DNA of 63,999 bases, filler included, from Porpidia crustulata (GCA_964255105.1; 15 parts of 15 records of this genome joined end to end with filler, not necessarily neighbours in it); one strand, 5' to 3'; positions 13,250 through 26,256 are shown, numbered from the whole stretch's first letter. Notes: a model not told the origin generated them from the letters alone. A program made the numbers and translations.

Positions 13250-15451
13250 CTAATCTAAAACGATCACAGACCATTCTTTCCTTCTGCGAATAGCTTCTGC
13301 GATCACCTCGCCTTGCATCATCGCATGAACGTAACAGTCGCCCACAAGTTTAGCATGTATCTCATCACGTTCATACTTCAATTTCTTCGAAGCCCAGTTC
13401 GGTCTCACAGTGTAAGGTACGCGAGTTCCTAGCAAGAAAGCTACCGCATCCCCGACCTGAGTACGGTCGGCGACAAGGGCCATATACCCTGTGTCCGTTA
13501 TTGCGAGTCGGCGACCAAATATGGCGGCGCTCATCTGAGATAAACACGTCTGTACCTCATCGCCTGTTGTTCCTTTTGTGATCTCTATATTCTTCTTTTC
13601 CGGATGCTGACTTCGATTTTCTAGATACTTCATCACGGTTCGAAAGGTCGGCCTCAAATGTTCAATCGGACCCATTGTTCTGATTGCGTTACCACCAGTA
13701 TATAGATCGTCGACTAGCAGTGTGCGAGCAAAAGCTTCTTCGGCGTTACGGTAAGCAAAGCCTCTACTTCCCTCATAACAGTCTTTAGCTGCTTGAAGTA
13801 GATCGAAGCTTTCCAGCCGTTGTCCCGAGGTGCTCAAGATATCGCTCAGTTTGGTGATAGTGTGATGATAGAAGCCGCGACCTGCAAGCTCCCGAGGGTA
13901 AACCTCACCCTCTTCTCTAAAAATATGGAAGAAGCCTCCTTCTGTTCCACCAGCATTGAATGGCATCGGCCTAAACAGCGTCAAAGGGCGATTATTGCTT
14001 TCACTGATATCGGCGTTCCACCCGGGAACCCAGGAAGGCATATCGGACGCCCGAGACTGTCGCTGTAGACCAGCATGATCGAGGACTTTGCCCGGAATCC
14101 CCAATTTAATGAGATAAATTGCGGCTAGATGGTATACCTGGCTTGGACTTAACCCGTAGTCGATAAGGGATCTCAATGTTTCTGGAAGCTCCCCCACGAT
14201 CCCTAGCACACCAATGATTTTGTCCCTAGGATCTGACACTTCGAAGTGATGAGTCACATCAAGCACTTGCATGAGTGAAGTTTCGTTGGGTGAATGGGCA
14301 ATATCTATGATTTGTAGGATTCTTCTAACGTTCAACATGCTCCTCGCAATCTCCGAATTCTTGTTTTTCAGCATGACGCGTGGGGCGATACCGGACTCCG
14401 TGAAGAACCTGTATGCTGCTTCTATGACATCCCAATCCACAGCGCCAAAATGACCGTTGCAGACTCGAGCACTTTTAGACAAAGCTATCTCCTGGAGAAT
14501 CCAAGTCCGACGGAACCAGGGCGAAGAAAAAGTATCCAGAAAGTGAGTCCAGGATGGATGTTCTAGACTGGGGAGAATGTCGTACATGATAGCCGTGACC
14601 TCATCCTCCGCCGTCTTAGAACGCTCTTGCAGTATAGAGAGCAGAAACATAAGATCAAGCCCTTGAAACCAAGGGCGCTCCGCCTCGCCCAAATGTACAA
14701 ATACCCCAGCGGCTTCCGTATAAATCTGTCTCATCAATGGGATTTGTTCGCCCATTTCCGCCTTGTTCGCTTGGTCGATCGAGACTGCATCTACCCAAAG
14801 AGGCGTGTCATGTAGGGGCCCCTCACGATATGCTTTCAGTGCGGTGTTTAGAGAAGGAGAAATGAAATGCCTTCGGCTATCGCATAGCATAACGTCCGTC
14901 AGTCCGTCAGATCCCCAGCAGTACGAGAGCGCCTGGAATTCACTAGCATTGCCAAGGAAAGCTGTGATGATCTCGCATTCCACAACATCCGAGCGGAAGA
15001 CAGCTTTCTTCACCTTCAAGAGACGGATTTCACCTGCACTGCTGTCGATGCCACAGTACAGGTGTTGCGGGAAGCCCCTTTCTTCCATCCATGCAACATC
15101 ATGAGGCAAGTCCTCGGTAGTCACACGACTGCTTTGTAATGACACCGCCCCCAGCAACATCGAGAACATGTGGGTCGTCAATGATACAAAGGGCGGATCC
15201 TCTTGGTAAACCCCTTGGCAAGTGCCGTCACAGTTTTCATGCACAGTACAAGCATATTCATGGAAACCCGAGGCCAACGTCATGGAACAAACATTCCACT
15301 GTGATTCTATTGCCTTCGATAGTGAAATGTGATCGGAGAGGCTTGTGTCTGCGAGTTCAGCAGAAAGGTCTGCAACTCTCGACTTCGCTGTCCGCCGGGA
15401 CATTCTCTCCTCCGTTTCTACTTTACGTCGGCTAGTGAATAACCTCTTCAT
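13250..15451 (-). CDS. HET-domain (heterokaryon incompatibility, HET-6-like) protein, 733 aa, intronless
   Basis: FQALSYCWG, LWVDAVSIDQ, MRQIY, WFRRTWILQEIAL, SDPRDKI, PSWVP and LVGDCYVHAMMQGE. Confidence 0.92.
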   Translation of the reverse strand: MKRLFTSRRKVETEERMSRRTAKSRVADLSAELADTSLSDHISLSKAIESQWNVCSMTLASGFHEYACTVHENCDGTCQGVYQEDPPFVSLTTHMFSMLLGAVSLQSSRVTTEDLPHDVAWMEERGFPQHLYCGIDSSAGEIRLLKVKKAVFRSDVVECEIITAFLGNASEFQALSYCWGSDGLTDVMLCDSRRHFISPSLNTALKAYREGPLHDTPLWVDAVSIDQANKAEMGEQIPLMRQIYTEAAGVFVHLGEAERPWFQGLDLMFLLSILQERSKTAEDEVTAIMYDILPSLEHPSWTHFLDTFSSPWFRRTWILQEIALSKSARVCNGHFGAVDWDVIEAAYRFFTESGIAPRVMLKNKNSEIARSMLNVRRILQIIDIAHSPNETSLMQVLDVTHHFEVSDPRDKIIGVLGIVGELPETLRSLIDYGLSPSQVYHLAAIYLIKLGIPGKVLDHAGLQRQSRASDMPSWVPGWNADISESNNRPLTLFRPMPFNAGGTEGGFFHIFREEGEVYPRELAGRGFYHHTITKLSDILSTSGQRLESFDLLQAAKDCYEGSRGFAYRNAEEAFARTLLVDDLYTGGNAIRTMGPIEHLRPTFRTVMKYLENRSQHPEKKNIEITKGTTGDEVQTCLSQMSAAIFGRRLAITDTGYMALVADRTQVGDAVAFLLGTRVPYTVRPNWASKKLKYERDEIHAKLVGDCYVHAMMQGEVIAEAIRRRKEWSVIVLD

Positions 15452-17359
15452 GCTTACTGATCTAAGTCGGCTTGTGGGATTATAGCGTATATGAGTGGAA
15501 TGGCGTTGCTTGTGAACGAGAGAATATCAATCTCGTACTGTGACTTCTTGATCCAGGGGAGTCCTAGGCTTGTTCGTGAACAATATTCTCGTACCTAACG
15601 AAGGACGTCTGCATATAAAAAACATATGTATTTGCATTTGTAGATTTACCAGTCTCTGCTCGAACAGTCGTTAATGGTTGGACTAAGTCCATTAGTAGCC
15701 CTCGATGACCTTGACCCTAGCAAGATCGAAGGAGCGATAATTACATAGTCAATTGAAGCAATTGTAGCTTGTAGCAATATTATTTCGTGGGACATTACGA
15801 TTTTGTAGCGTAATAACTGCCTTATTCAAGAGTATAGCCATAAATTTATGGACACTGGTGCCTAATCTTAGACCTAGCGCAAAACTTCCAGCTGTGACCT
15901 GAGATACTCAGATGACGACATTTATTTTCAGCTCCGAGTGCTAGGCAGGCAATCGGGGTACGCAAACTGACCGCGTTCCGAAGCAGCCTTAGACTTTTTG
16001 GTGCAAAGGCATGATATTTATCAAGGATTTAGCCGATCTAGTGCAGTTTTGTGCGGAAGATATACTACAATATTGCCCTTCCGCATTGTGAAGTCTCTAG
16101 CCAAGCTTATATGAGCCATGACCAAGCTGTTCTAGAGGCTGGTGAGACTGGGACTTGCAGTGCCTGTTTCGTGTGTACCAGATCTGGCAGACAGCGATGA
16201 TGAACTCAAATATCTGGGCACACTGGTGGCCAGCTCAATTGCCAGTAGTAGCGACAGCAATGACATAGCACGACAGCGACGATAACATCCTTTCTTCTCT
16301 TACTACTGTCCTTAGTAGTCGATCGAGACCTGTTGCCAGCACTGCTCCACTGCCTATGTGGTTGTGCCCTCCTCTTATAATACTCCGCCTCCTGCCACTG
16401 CACCAGGTCTGCCCAGTCAGGGTCGTAAACAGACCAGGGAGAAGGGATTGCAGGGTACCCGTGATATGGCAGCGGAGCAGGTGAAAGCCAGGAGGAAGAT
16501 CGAGCGACAGGAGGCCATGGAGCGAATGGATATGAAGGGGGAGGATCGGCGAAAGGCCCACAATGCGAAGTAGAAGGAGGTCTCGTAGTTATGGTAGGAT
16601 AAGGAGTTCCTCGGTGTAGCTGGATATGAGGTTAGTTTGCCTATTAGGAGCAGATAATTTATTTTATTCAAGTAATTCTTAACAAAGTTGTAAATCAGAA
16701 TTCTTCTTTGAATCGAAAAAGGTCTTGAGCGTCTCGAAAATGATTTCAGTATCTTTTAATCAGACGACTTAGATATGTTACACGATCCGCTTCGAAGCTA
16801 CGGGGTTTGTGGAATTGGAAAACGAAGCGCCGCGCTTCCTTGCTGCATCTCAAAAGACGAAATACGAAGTCAATAGACCCAGCACATGTACAACTAGATT
16901 TATCAGGCATGTTCGTAATAGAAAGCTTACTACGCCGACAGGGAGGGCAAGCAGGGTTTTGTAGGCCACCGTAGAGTACCTAAATAGGTGAATAGGTATC
17001 ATACACCTGCACGCTAGAACGAAATATAATACCTTAGGTATCTACTCAACCATTGACTACTATCGATTGACTCTCCATCGATAACCCCCATATTTATCTT
17101 CCTCTTCTGTTCCCCCTTCCCAACCCACTCTCCTCTTGTTCAAAGAATCATAAACNNNNNNNNNNNNNNNNNNNNNNNNNNNNNNNNNNNNNNNNNNNNT
17201 TAATTAATTAANNNNNNNNNNNNNNNNNNNNNNNNNNNNNNNNNNNNNNNNNNNNGGACTCATATCTATAATTCTATAATGATCCCGTTGAGCATATACG
17301 CAGACAAAGAATACTCATTCACAGGATCGTCGGAATCAATCTTAAGCCATTAGCCCTCC

Positions 17360-19769
17360 TTACTTCCTCGCACTCCCAAACGCCTCTACCAAACTCTCCC
17401 CCTCTTCGGGCGTCACCAACTCCTCCAACATCTCCGTCGCGCACTCCACAACATCATCCTCGATGCCGTCCTCCTGAAACCCCTCGCTGAACGCCAGCCG
17501 CGCCAGCACAATCAGATACTTGTGCTGCCCCCCACTCACATCCCGTAGCTTCTCCTGCACATTGACGACCTCGCGGTACTCGGTCACGAGATGGTACAAC
17601 AGACGCAAAGCGGCGTTGATAATTTCGGCGCGGTACTCATGGCCGTACTTGTAGTCGTACAGGGCATTGAGTTCTTCGTTGATGAGGAGGACAAGGCGGG
17701 GGATGATGACGGGGTCAGTGGCGAGGGCAGTCCCGCTGTGCGGTGTGCCACACATGGAGGACATGAGGCTAAGGATCTCGAGACGGATTTCGCAAATGGC
17801 GATGATATCGTACGGTTGCGAGCCGTCAGGTGAGCGGCGAATGTCGATGAGCCAGCGTGAGAGGAGGTAGAGGATCCAGGTTTCGGATTTTCCTTGGTCG
17901 CCATCGCCTGGAGGAACCCTCATTGCAAAACTTGTCTCGAGGATACTTGTTCTTAGTAGACTCATAGTAATGTGCATTTCCTCAATGGGCTGGAGGATAT
18001 TAAGCAGCATTCCAGTGAAATCAAAGCGCATACGACGCCAGAAGCGGGTGATGTCGTCTGTGCGGTAAAGGTTGTACGCCACGAGGTGTAGGATCTCTAA
18101 GCACTCCTTGGGGTCGATGTTTTCGGCTTCCTTCGATGGGGTGTTCTGCTTGATACGTGGAATTATAATGATGTCGGTGGTATTTTGAGCGAGGAGGATA
18201 AGGTCATTTATCAGGGTCTGGGACGTGTCAGGGGCGGTGGTTAGGAGAATGCACTTGACAAGATCAAGCAGGAGGTGGACTGGCGGGTAAAATGTCTCGT
18301 TAATGCATCGCTGCCACAACGATATAACAATCTGAGCCAGAGCTGCGGGAAAATTCTCTATATCTGTTTTGATGCTCAGTGCAGACAATTTATCGAGTAA
18401 AAGCGAAGACAGCGGTTTTTCAGGGTTTGATGGAAATGCGTAGGCTGCCAAAGCTTCGAACGATCGCGCATCCTTAGGCTTAAGCCGATGATTGAGGACC
18501 ATCTGAGTCAATTGAAATCTGTCATCTCGAATCTGGGGTACGAGTAGATCATTTGGCTCTACTGCGCTTTTCTGAGCGTGGGCTGGATCATCAGATAAGC
18601 TCTCCTTCCGTGGCTGGCTGAGCTGAAGTGGTTTGGAAGGACTGCTCTCTACAGGCCTTTTTCGCTTGGAGCCAGCTTTCGGAGTAAGTGGTTTTGATCT
18701 TAGGGCCATCCTTGGAGGCGAAGCTACTTGAATTTCATCGGCATCGAATCCATCCCCGTATGTCACTTTGCCCTTCTTCGGTGTCATAGGCTTTGAAACT
18801 GCACCTGCGATCGTGGTCTTGCCACCGCCAGATCTGGCAGCCCTCTGTAGAGTTTTGGTATGCTCAGTCTCCCGAGCCAGCTCATTCTCAAGAAACCTTT
18901 TCTGGGTCTCAATTTGCTGACGGTCTGCTCGTGCTTTGTCTACCTCAATCTTCTGCCGTGCCGCCTCTTCCGCATGTGCTTTTTGCAAAGCAGCCACTCT
19001 CTTCTCGGATTCGCGTTCCAGCTTGATCTGATTAGCGCGGACTATTGCGATCTCGCCTGCTCTTGACGAGGCGCTGGCTTTGGCGGATTCAGCAACGTGC
19101 TGAAGCGTCTCGCGTTCCCGCAATAGCTATGAGATACGTCAGTGTCACCACACAAAACAATTCTAGAAAGAGACTTACCTCCTGGATCTGAGCCTGAAGG
19201 CTCTCTACGTCCTCCCCACGCTGAGATTGCGACAGCTCATTGGGCGGACGACTGTTATAGCTAGCGTTGTTCCCCCCGATGTGAGTATATTCATTGACAT
19301 CCCCCAAAATCTTGTGAGGATATTGCTGCTGTTCGTTCCCTCGTGAATGCGGCAGGCCACCATAACGTCGTTGTCGCCATTCTTCCCTCTGAGAGCTGTC
19401 CCCGCCTGCTCTCCTTAGCACGGCGTTACCGATAGGAATGGCGGGCTGTTCCGCAGCATTGTATATTTCTCCATCAAGCATCTCATCGTCAAAGTCTCCA
19501 TAATCAGATGAGGGAGGCTCAGCATGAGCTGGAACACGGGCTTGTTGAGTTGCATTTCCTCCAAATAGTGCACCTCCGATGCCTCCACCAAGGCTCACAG
19601 AGGGTTTGGTGAATGGACGACGTAGAGCTGAGCCAGGAGTGGCATCATATGGCTTCTGCTGTTGGGTAGATTTGATTGCATTTTCTTGAAGCTCATGAAA
19701 GGCATCAGCGGGCAAAGCGTCCAGGTCATCGTCTGAATAGCCGCCGTCTTCTTCTTGGACATCGTCCAT
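17360..19769 (-). CDS. Rad26/ATRIP-like DNA damage checkpoint protein (one intron near 19128-19180)
   Basis: N-terminal YSDDDLDALP..ELQENA and PSSDYGDFDDE, a coiled coil (GEIAIVRANQ), YGDGFDADEI, and a helical C-terminus (FWRRMRFDF...YLIVLARLAFSE...LEELVTPEEGE) as in filamentous-fungal Rad26/UvsD. Confidence 0.78.
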
Positions 19770-20252
19770 GACATTCACTATATGCCTTCATGGGCGCAAC
19801 TGAGAAGTTACTTCTACATTGCGGACAGTGTCGCAGGTACAAAACACTAGAATTTTGTGTTGTAGACGAGATGATGTTCGTAGGCTGTCGAGATTGAAAT
19901 CAACCGAGACCCGTGACGCTTCTCTTGAGCTTTCCGCTCCAGACAGACGGACAAATTAATTTCAAGCTCAGCGCTCACCTTGAGCTTCAAGATTGACCAA
20001 CTTCTACGTGGCGAGCTGGGTGAGGGGCACTATCAGTCTTGCAAATCGGACTGAGTGACTTCTTTGCCAATATACAATAAGTTAAAGCTCCCGTCTTTTC
20101 TCAATTATTTGCTGGTCCAGCAAACTCGACTGCTTATCATCGAAACGGGAAAGTGCATTCGATTTTTTTAACGGAAGAGCACGGCTACAGCTGGGGAAGG
20201 CTCTATTGCCTCTGGATTTATCGTACACAGAGCGCAGCTGCGGCACGCGGTC

Positions 20253-21450
20253 ATGGCTCCATCACGGCGCAACGTACAGTTTCAACACCGGGGAAGCAAT
20301 CCAACGAGCCCAAGAAGACCAAGCATGTCAGAGATAAGTGAGGAGAAATCGGAGAATGATAGTCCCACGAGAAGTAGAATGAACGGGAATGGGAAGGCTG
20401 GAGTAAAAAATGAGGAGGTACTTTCTCCAGTCCCAGCAGTTGTAACGAAAGACTCTTCATGTGGCCGGGACCAATACAATTTCATGACCGAAGCTGATTT
20501 TCCGTGCTTGATTAAATTAGAATAATCTGCCTGCCATATCGGAATATGAGAAGAAAAAACAGACTTTCATAACCCGAACAATTTGGACCTTTGTAATGAT
20601 ATTCGTATTCTTTATCGCGATGTTCTCGGGCCACATCTATATCATAGGCATCGTTACCGCCATTCAGATCGTCTCCTTCAAAGAAGTTATAGCTATTGCA
20701 AATGTGCCGAGCAGAGCCAAGAATTTACGATTTACGAGATCTCTCAACTGGTATTTCTTGGGAACCACCATGTACTTTCTTTACGGAGAGAGCGTCATAT
20801 ACTATTTCAAGCACATCGTGTTGGTAGACAAGGTTCTGCTTCCATTTGCGGTACACCACCGCTTCATAAGCTTCATGCTGTACGTTATAGGTCAGTACTT
20901 TCATCCAGAACAGGTTTAGAATTGGGAAAAGGGGAAGGGAAAGGGGAAAGACTTCAGCTGATGCATTGCAGGCTTCGTCTTTTTCGTCGCCTCTCTCCAG
21001 AAGGGGCACTACCGCTTTCAGTTCACACAATTCGCCTGGACTCATATGGCGCTCTACCTTATTGTCGTCCAAGCGCATTTTATAATGAACAACATCTTCG
21101 AAGGCATGATCTGGTTCTTCCTTCCCGCCTCCCTTGTCATCACCAACGACATCTTTGCCTACATCTGTGGCATTACATTCGGCCGCACTCAACTTATCAA
21201 AATCTCCCCCAAAAAGACGGTCGAAGGCTTTGTAGGCGCCTGGATCCTGACCATCTTCTTCGGCTTCGCCATGACCAACATCCTTATGCGCTACAAATAC
21301 TTCATCTGCCCCGTCAATGTAAGCTCATCTATCGTCTGATGCCATCCCCCCAAGTTACGAAGATTGCAAAACACTCCTTTACCAAAGCACGAACCCGCTA
21401 ACCCCAACCCAGGACCTCGGCGCCACCATTTTCACCGGCCTCTCCTGCAC
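20253..21450 (+). CDS. cds1: Phosphatidate cytidylyltransferase (CDP-DAG synthase), 3' truncated
   Basis: HHRFISFMLY, WFFLPASLVITNDIFAY and FGRTQLIKISPKKTVEGF. Confidence 0.95.
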
Positions 21451-22796
21451 NNNNNNNNNNNNNNNNNNNNNNNNNNNNNNNNNNNNNNNNNNNNTTAATT
21501 AATTAANNNNNNNNNNNNNNNNNNNNNNNNNNNNNNNNNNNNNNNNNNNNGACCGACTCAATCCACAACCCTTTTCACCCTAAGTCAGCCCATCATATAT
21601 CTCAATAGTTTTCAAGAATTAGTTTCGTTCGACGTGAACGATGTTGAGTGATTATGAAAGAGAAGATGATTTTTCCTCAAATATAGAAGGTATTTGCAGC
21701 AACGGATCACTAAGACTGAAACGGCTAGATCAGATACCCAGGTAATGTTGGGAAAATCTTGCGCTCTAGGTATCTATCCAACTACCTAGAGCTAGACAAT
21801 ATCATACATTGATGCTACTTTGAATAATCAAGTCCACCGAGTCTTGACTGCATACTAAGCATCTTGTATAACGAGAAACATGATGAAATGAGTATAGATA
21901 AATCACTTCGAATAATTATACAGAGGTTTGAACAGCGGATATCCGTACTTACCTTACAAACTTCAAGATACGAGATGATTCGAGACAGGGTCAAGAACTA
22001 CGCTCCTCCTGATTCATCATTAGACGTAATCATCTATAAAGTAAGTGCATACGGGTGGATATGATCATTTCTTTACTCTGCATAAGTGAGGCTCAATTCT
22101 ATGAACATCTCCGTCTCTCGGTTTACAGAAGCTGGTCTCTGAATTAGAGCATTCGAGTCTGGAGACTTGTTTAAAGATGATGATACTAATATGTTCGAGA
22201 ATATTCACTTACGGATAGCTGCATTTGCAAGCAGGAAAGAAAAGGGATGCTTATTAAGTCCTTATCCATCCACGGTCGGACAGCAATGCGAGTTCTCAGA
22301 GTTTTGATCGGGAGACGAGCGACTTGTCAAGGTCCTAATCGAAGACCCAATGTTACAATAAGTGAGACTTCGAACTTTCGCTACGAGAATTGTTGCTTCT
22401 AGTTAGTATCAGTCCTGGAGCTTCGACTCTCCTACTACGATTTCCTCAGGTCACGCATGTTTATGCATTTACTCGTCGCTTAGGGTTTTTCCCGCTCCTT
22501 ATGTTGTTCATTTGGGTCAGTGAAATGCCTACGGAATATATGTCTATCAATTGAGACTATAGCACAAATGGGAAGCACAAAGTCGGTAATAGGAATGGGA
22601 GTTCAGTAGATGAGACATTATAATACTCCCTTACCACGCTCTCCGTCGCTCTTGACTTAGTTGCTATACAGATTCACCGGAACCGGATTATCGTCTGAGA
22701 AGATTCATTTAAACTAAGGATCGGGGAGCACTGGTCTATTACAACCCATCTTCCCAAAGTCTGACTTCTCACAATGTTCACAATATTCCCTAATTG

Positions 22797-24577
22797 TTAC
22801 TCCATCGAAAAATCTTCATATTCAATCCCCGCTTTGGTAACGGCTTCGCCGTTCATCATTCCGTGCACATAGCACTCGCCCAGTAAAATCCATTTATCTA
22901 CTTTTTGATGAAGTAGGAAGGGTGTTTGAACTCCGGGCAAGATGCAGATGGTATCGTCAGGGCTTGCGGTATATGGCGCGAGCCCGATGTAGCCATTGTG
23001 GGTAACAATTAGCTTTCGATAGAGGCTAAGAGTTTCGATTCTGCTGATATAATGCGACGGCGTCTCAAAGATAAGACCGTCGTATTTTTCCTTGGAGTCG
23101 TATGTTTGAAACTTACCAGAATAAACAAGGTGAAGGATTTTCGTTCGTAAGTCAACGTAGCTCTTGATAAACCTTTTAAGCTTATCATCACTGATTGGGA
23201 AGGTACCGTGAAACCCTTGCCAGCGACTAGAGTCTGACAGAGCACATCATCGAGGGTCTCGCCGGTGGGGTAACTTGGTGCCTCTAGAGCCAATAGTATC
23301 CAATCCGATATACAGCACTGTGCGACTGCATTGGAACTGATTGAATTTAATGGGATGTATCCTGATCCTGCCAGCATAGGTAGTGCAACAACTTTTACAG
23401 TATCCAGCCGAAATCCGTTAATGATCAATTGTTCTTGATTGGGACACATCGAAGCTCTAGCCACGGTGCCTTTACTCGAATTGTACGTCTTAGACTTGTC
23501 ACCATTGAATTCAGCCAGAATGTTAAGAAGCCGAGACCAATCCGGGATCCAGGACGGCCATCCAGGGTTTTTGATCGGATGGACTGCGCAAAGTACGTCC
23601 AGATTCCTCTCCTTCGTGTCCGCAAAGATCAGAGATTGCGCCGCAGTTTTGTATACCTCAGCTGTACTTAATGTATAGTCCGGGATGTTCATAGACACGG
23701 CTCTCGAAGTGGACAGGTTAAGAACTGCGTACACTTTATCTCGGTCATTGCTCGCTTGCTGTCTTCGAAGGGACTGCAGCAAATCCAACAACGATCGCGA
23801 CCTTTGTTTCGAATGACAAGACCTGATCCGGCTGAAATGCAGCAGAGAGTAGACGTTCCAGCGCCCAGGCACGGCGTACTGATAGTCCGAGAAGAGAGGC
23901 GCGATATTCTCCAGTTCCTTCCAGTCCAGCGCGATTCGACCATTCAGCACTAAACATGTCCTTGCATGACAAAGTTCTTGAATGGTCCATATGCGCTCGA
24001 ACCACGGCCGAGTGAAGTACAGTCTATGGAGTTCTTCCCACTCACTATTCATTGCGATTGGGGGCAACTCGGCTCTCATGGCAATTTCTGCAGTGTTCAA
24101 ATCCGGCTCGTTCGCACGCAATACTGCGGCGTTGTTCAATTTCCTGATGAGTTTTACAGCTCCCTCAAGGCTGTCCGAAGATTCTCCAAGCCAGGCGTAT
24201 ACGAGGACCGCGTTGCTGTGTATTTGCTTCATCATTGCCACCTGAGCACCACGCTCTTGCGCATTGGACTGGTCAATACAGATAGCATCGACCCACAGAT
24301 ACCTGTCGCTTTCGGTATTGCCAAGGTCTTGTATAGCAGTCAAAGCTGAGATTAGATTCGGTGTGACGCCGATCATATGTCCGTTGCAAGATATGCTCTC
24401 GACCGGTGTTGGTGAACCCCAAGTACAAGAAAGCGCGGCATACTCGATAGCCTTCTCCATCGATGTGATAATCAGAGAGCAATGAAAGCTTGGTGCAGAT
24501 GTAGCCTTCCGGGAGGAGATCTTCAAAAGACGAATATCCATAGGCCCCAGTTCAGGGAGATCGTCATAGATAGACAT
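22797..24577 (-). pseudogene. HET-domain protein, frameshifted near 23200-23245 (or an assembly indel)
   Basis: YAALSCTWG, LWVDAICIDQ, WFERIWTIQEL, DRDKVYA and PSWIPDW lie in ORF 23009-24592. The conserved tail GYIGLAP...LLGECYVHGMMNGEA lies in another frame that ends at 22797. Confidence 0.8.
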
Positions 24578-25254
24578 CCGCAGGGTGGACAACCTCCTTT
24601 AATGAGGTCGTCAGTAGATAATCTCTTTCGTTATCTACTCTTCGACTCGGGTCAGCACAGAGCAGTGACAGATAGGAAGATCACTCGGATGGCTTCTCAA
24701 TACACATATATTCGAAGTCAAACCCGAGCAGTAGTCACAACTCAAAATCTCGTATTCTAGCATAAATACCTAGATTCCCGAAAGAACACAAGACTGGACA
24801 ACTATATAAGGCTTGCAATCTGGAAGATGGCTTGTAGCCAGAAAGTACCCCGTGACCACCATGCGAACATCCGTCTCCTCGACCCGATTGGATACAACTC
24901 CTTTAAACGGCGCTGTTAGATCCCGACAGCTCTTCTGAAGCAATTCATAGCGATCTACCTTCAATTTCGCACGTCAATCCGCCCCTGATCCAGTCAATCA
25001 ACTTTTTCTCCAAAACCCGCCCTATACCCCCTACATGTTTTACAAGCTTTAGCAAAGTTCTGACACATGATAGCATTAATAAAAACATTCATACCGAGTC
25101 CCTCCTTCTGATAGAAACACTCATCAAAACATCCTCAACGCACACGAATTCTCAATTAAAAGTCCGCAAACCATCGAACAAGATACAAAATTCAGCCTTT
25201 TGAACGCCGGCGAATGCGACCACTGTTCCCTCATGAGAACGAGCTCCGCAGGAA

Positions 25255-25668
25255 TCATTTATGGTCTACAAAATCGTTTTTGCTAGCAAGATTCAGATTG
25301 TCTGTCTTCTCGACTCCTTGACCGCCTGCTAACCAGGACTTTTCCTCGCTAGTGACTATCAAAGGCCGATATTCTTGCCCGATGAATCTGGATTTCTGAG
25401 GCTCAAAGGACGACTGTGCTGTCATCAAATCTTGACTGAAGACTGACTGGTCCTTCAAATATCCCGATCCGGGCTGAAGCTTCGGCGTAGGCACAAAAGG
25501 AGTCGATCTCGGGCCTGTGACATACGAAGGGGCTGGAATAGACAAAGAGCCAGCGGTGAAAGAGGTTTTATTATTAAAGACAGAGGGTTCATTGAGGTGA
25601 TGTCCGCACACCGAAGCGTCGTTGCTATTGTATCGACCGCAAACAGAGCATTTCCAACTCTGGACCAT
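25255..25668 (-). CDS. Small hypothetical protein with an N-terminal RanBP2-type zinc-finger-like motif
   Basis: 137-aa ATG ORF starting WKCSVCGRYNSNDASVCGHH (W-x-C-x2-C-x3-N-x6-C-x2-H). Confidence 0.45.
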   Translation of the reverse strand: MVQSWKCSVCGRYNSNDASVCGHHLNEPSVFNNKTSFTAGSLSIPAPSYVTGPRSTPFVPTPKLQPGSGYLKDQSVFSQDLMTAQSSFEPQKSRFIGQEYRPLIVTSEEKSWLAGGQGVEKTDNLNLASKNDFVDHK

Positions 25669-26256
25669 GACTTATGATTGAGCTTGCTAAAATACAGAAG
25701 CAGGCCAGAGCCCGCAGGCATCAAGAAGGCACCCATAATTATGGNNNNNNNNNNNNNNNNNNNNNNNNNNNNNNNNNNNNNNNNNNNNTTAATTAATTAA
25801 NNNNNNNNNNNNNNNNNNNNNNNNNNNNNNNNNNNNNNNNNNNNGGGGTGGGGGGATGTTTTGTGGATGGGTATATATCTTCTATATACACCCCGACTTA
25901 GGATCAGCCAATGCCGTTTTCATTCGGAAAAGGGAGCAGGGCTGCTTTACTACGTAGAGGGAGCAGCGAGTAAGTAAGGGAGAGCAGCGAGAGAGCAGGG
26001 TAGAGCATAAGGGGACGGTGCAGTGGCGCAGCAGTAGGAGCCTGAAATGACTCCATCGACATCGGTGACTGATAAACCCCTCCGCCGTTACCCTTTGCCA
26101 GGACACCAGGCAAAAAGGTACCCAGGCGACCCGCAACCACGAAGGCCGTCTTCTAGTGAGGAAATTTTAGTGCGGGTCACATCTAACTTGTGCTCTTAGA
26201 TTGCGTCTAAATTACGGCTATGAATACCCTTGAAGACCTTGAAAATTACTAGCAAG

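Noticed and set aside
23041..23116. GTAAGT...CAG intron that might repair the HET frameshift
   Set aside because: Both candidate acceptors lead into a frame that stops within a few codons, not into the conserved tail.
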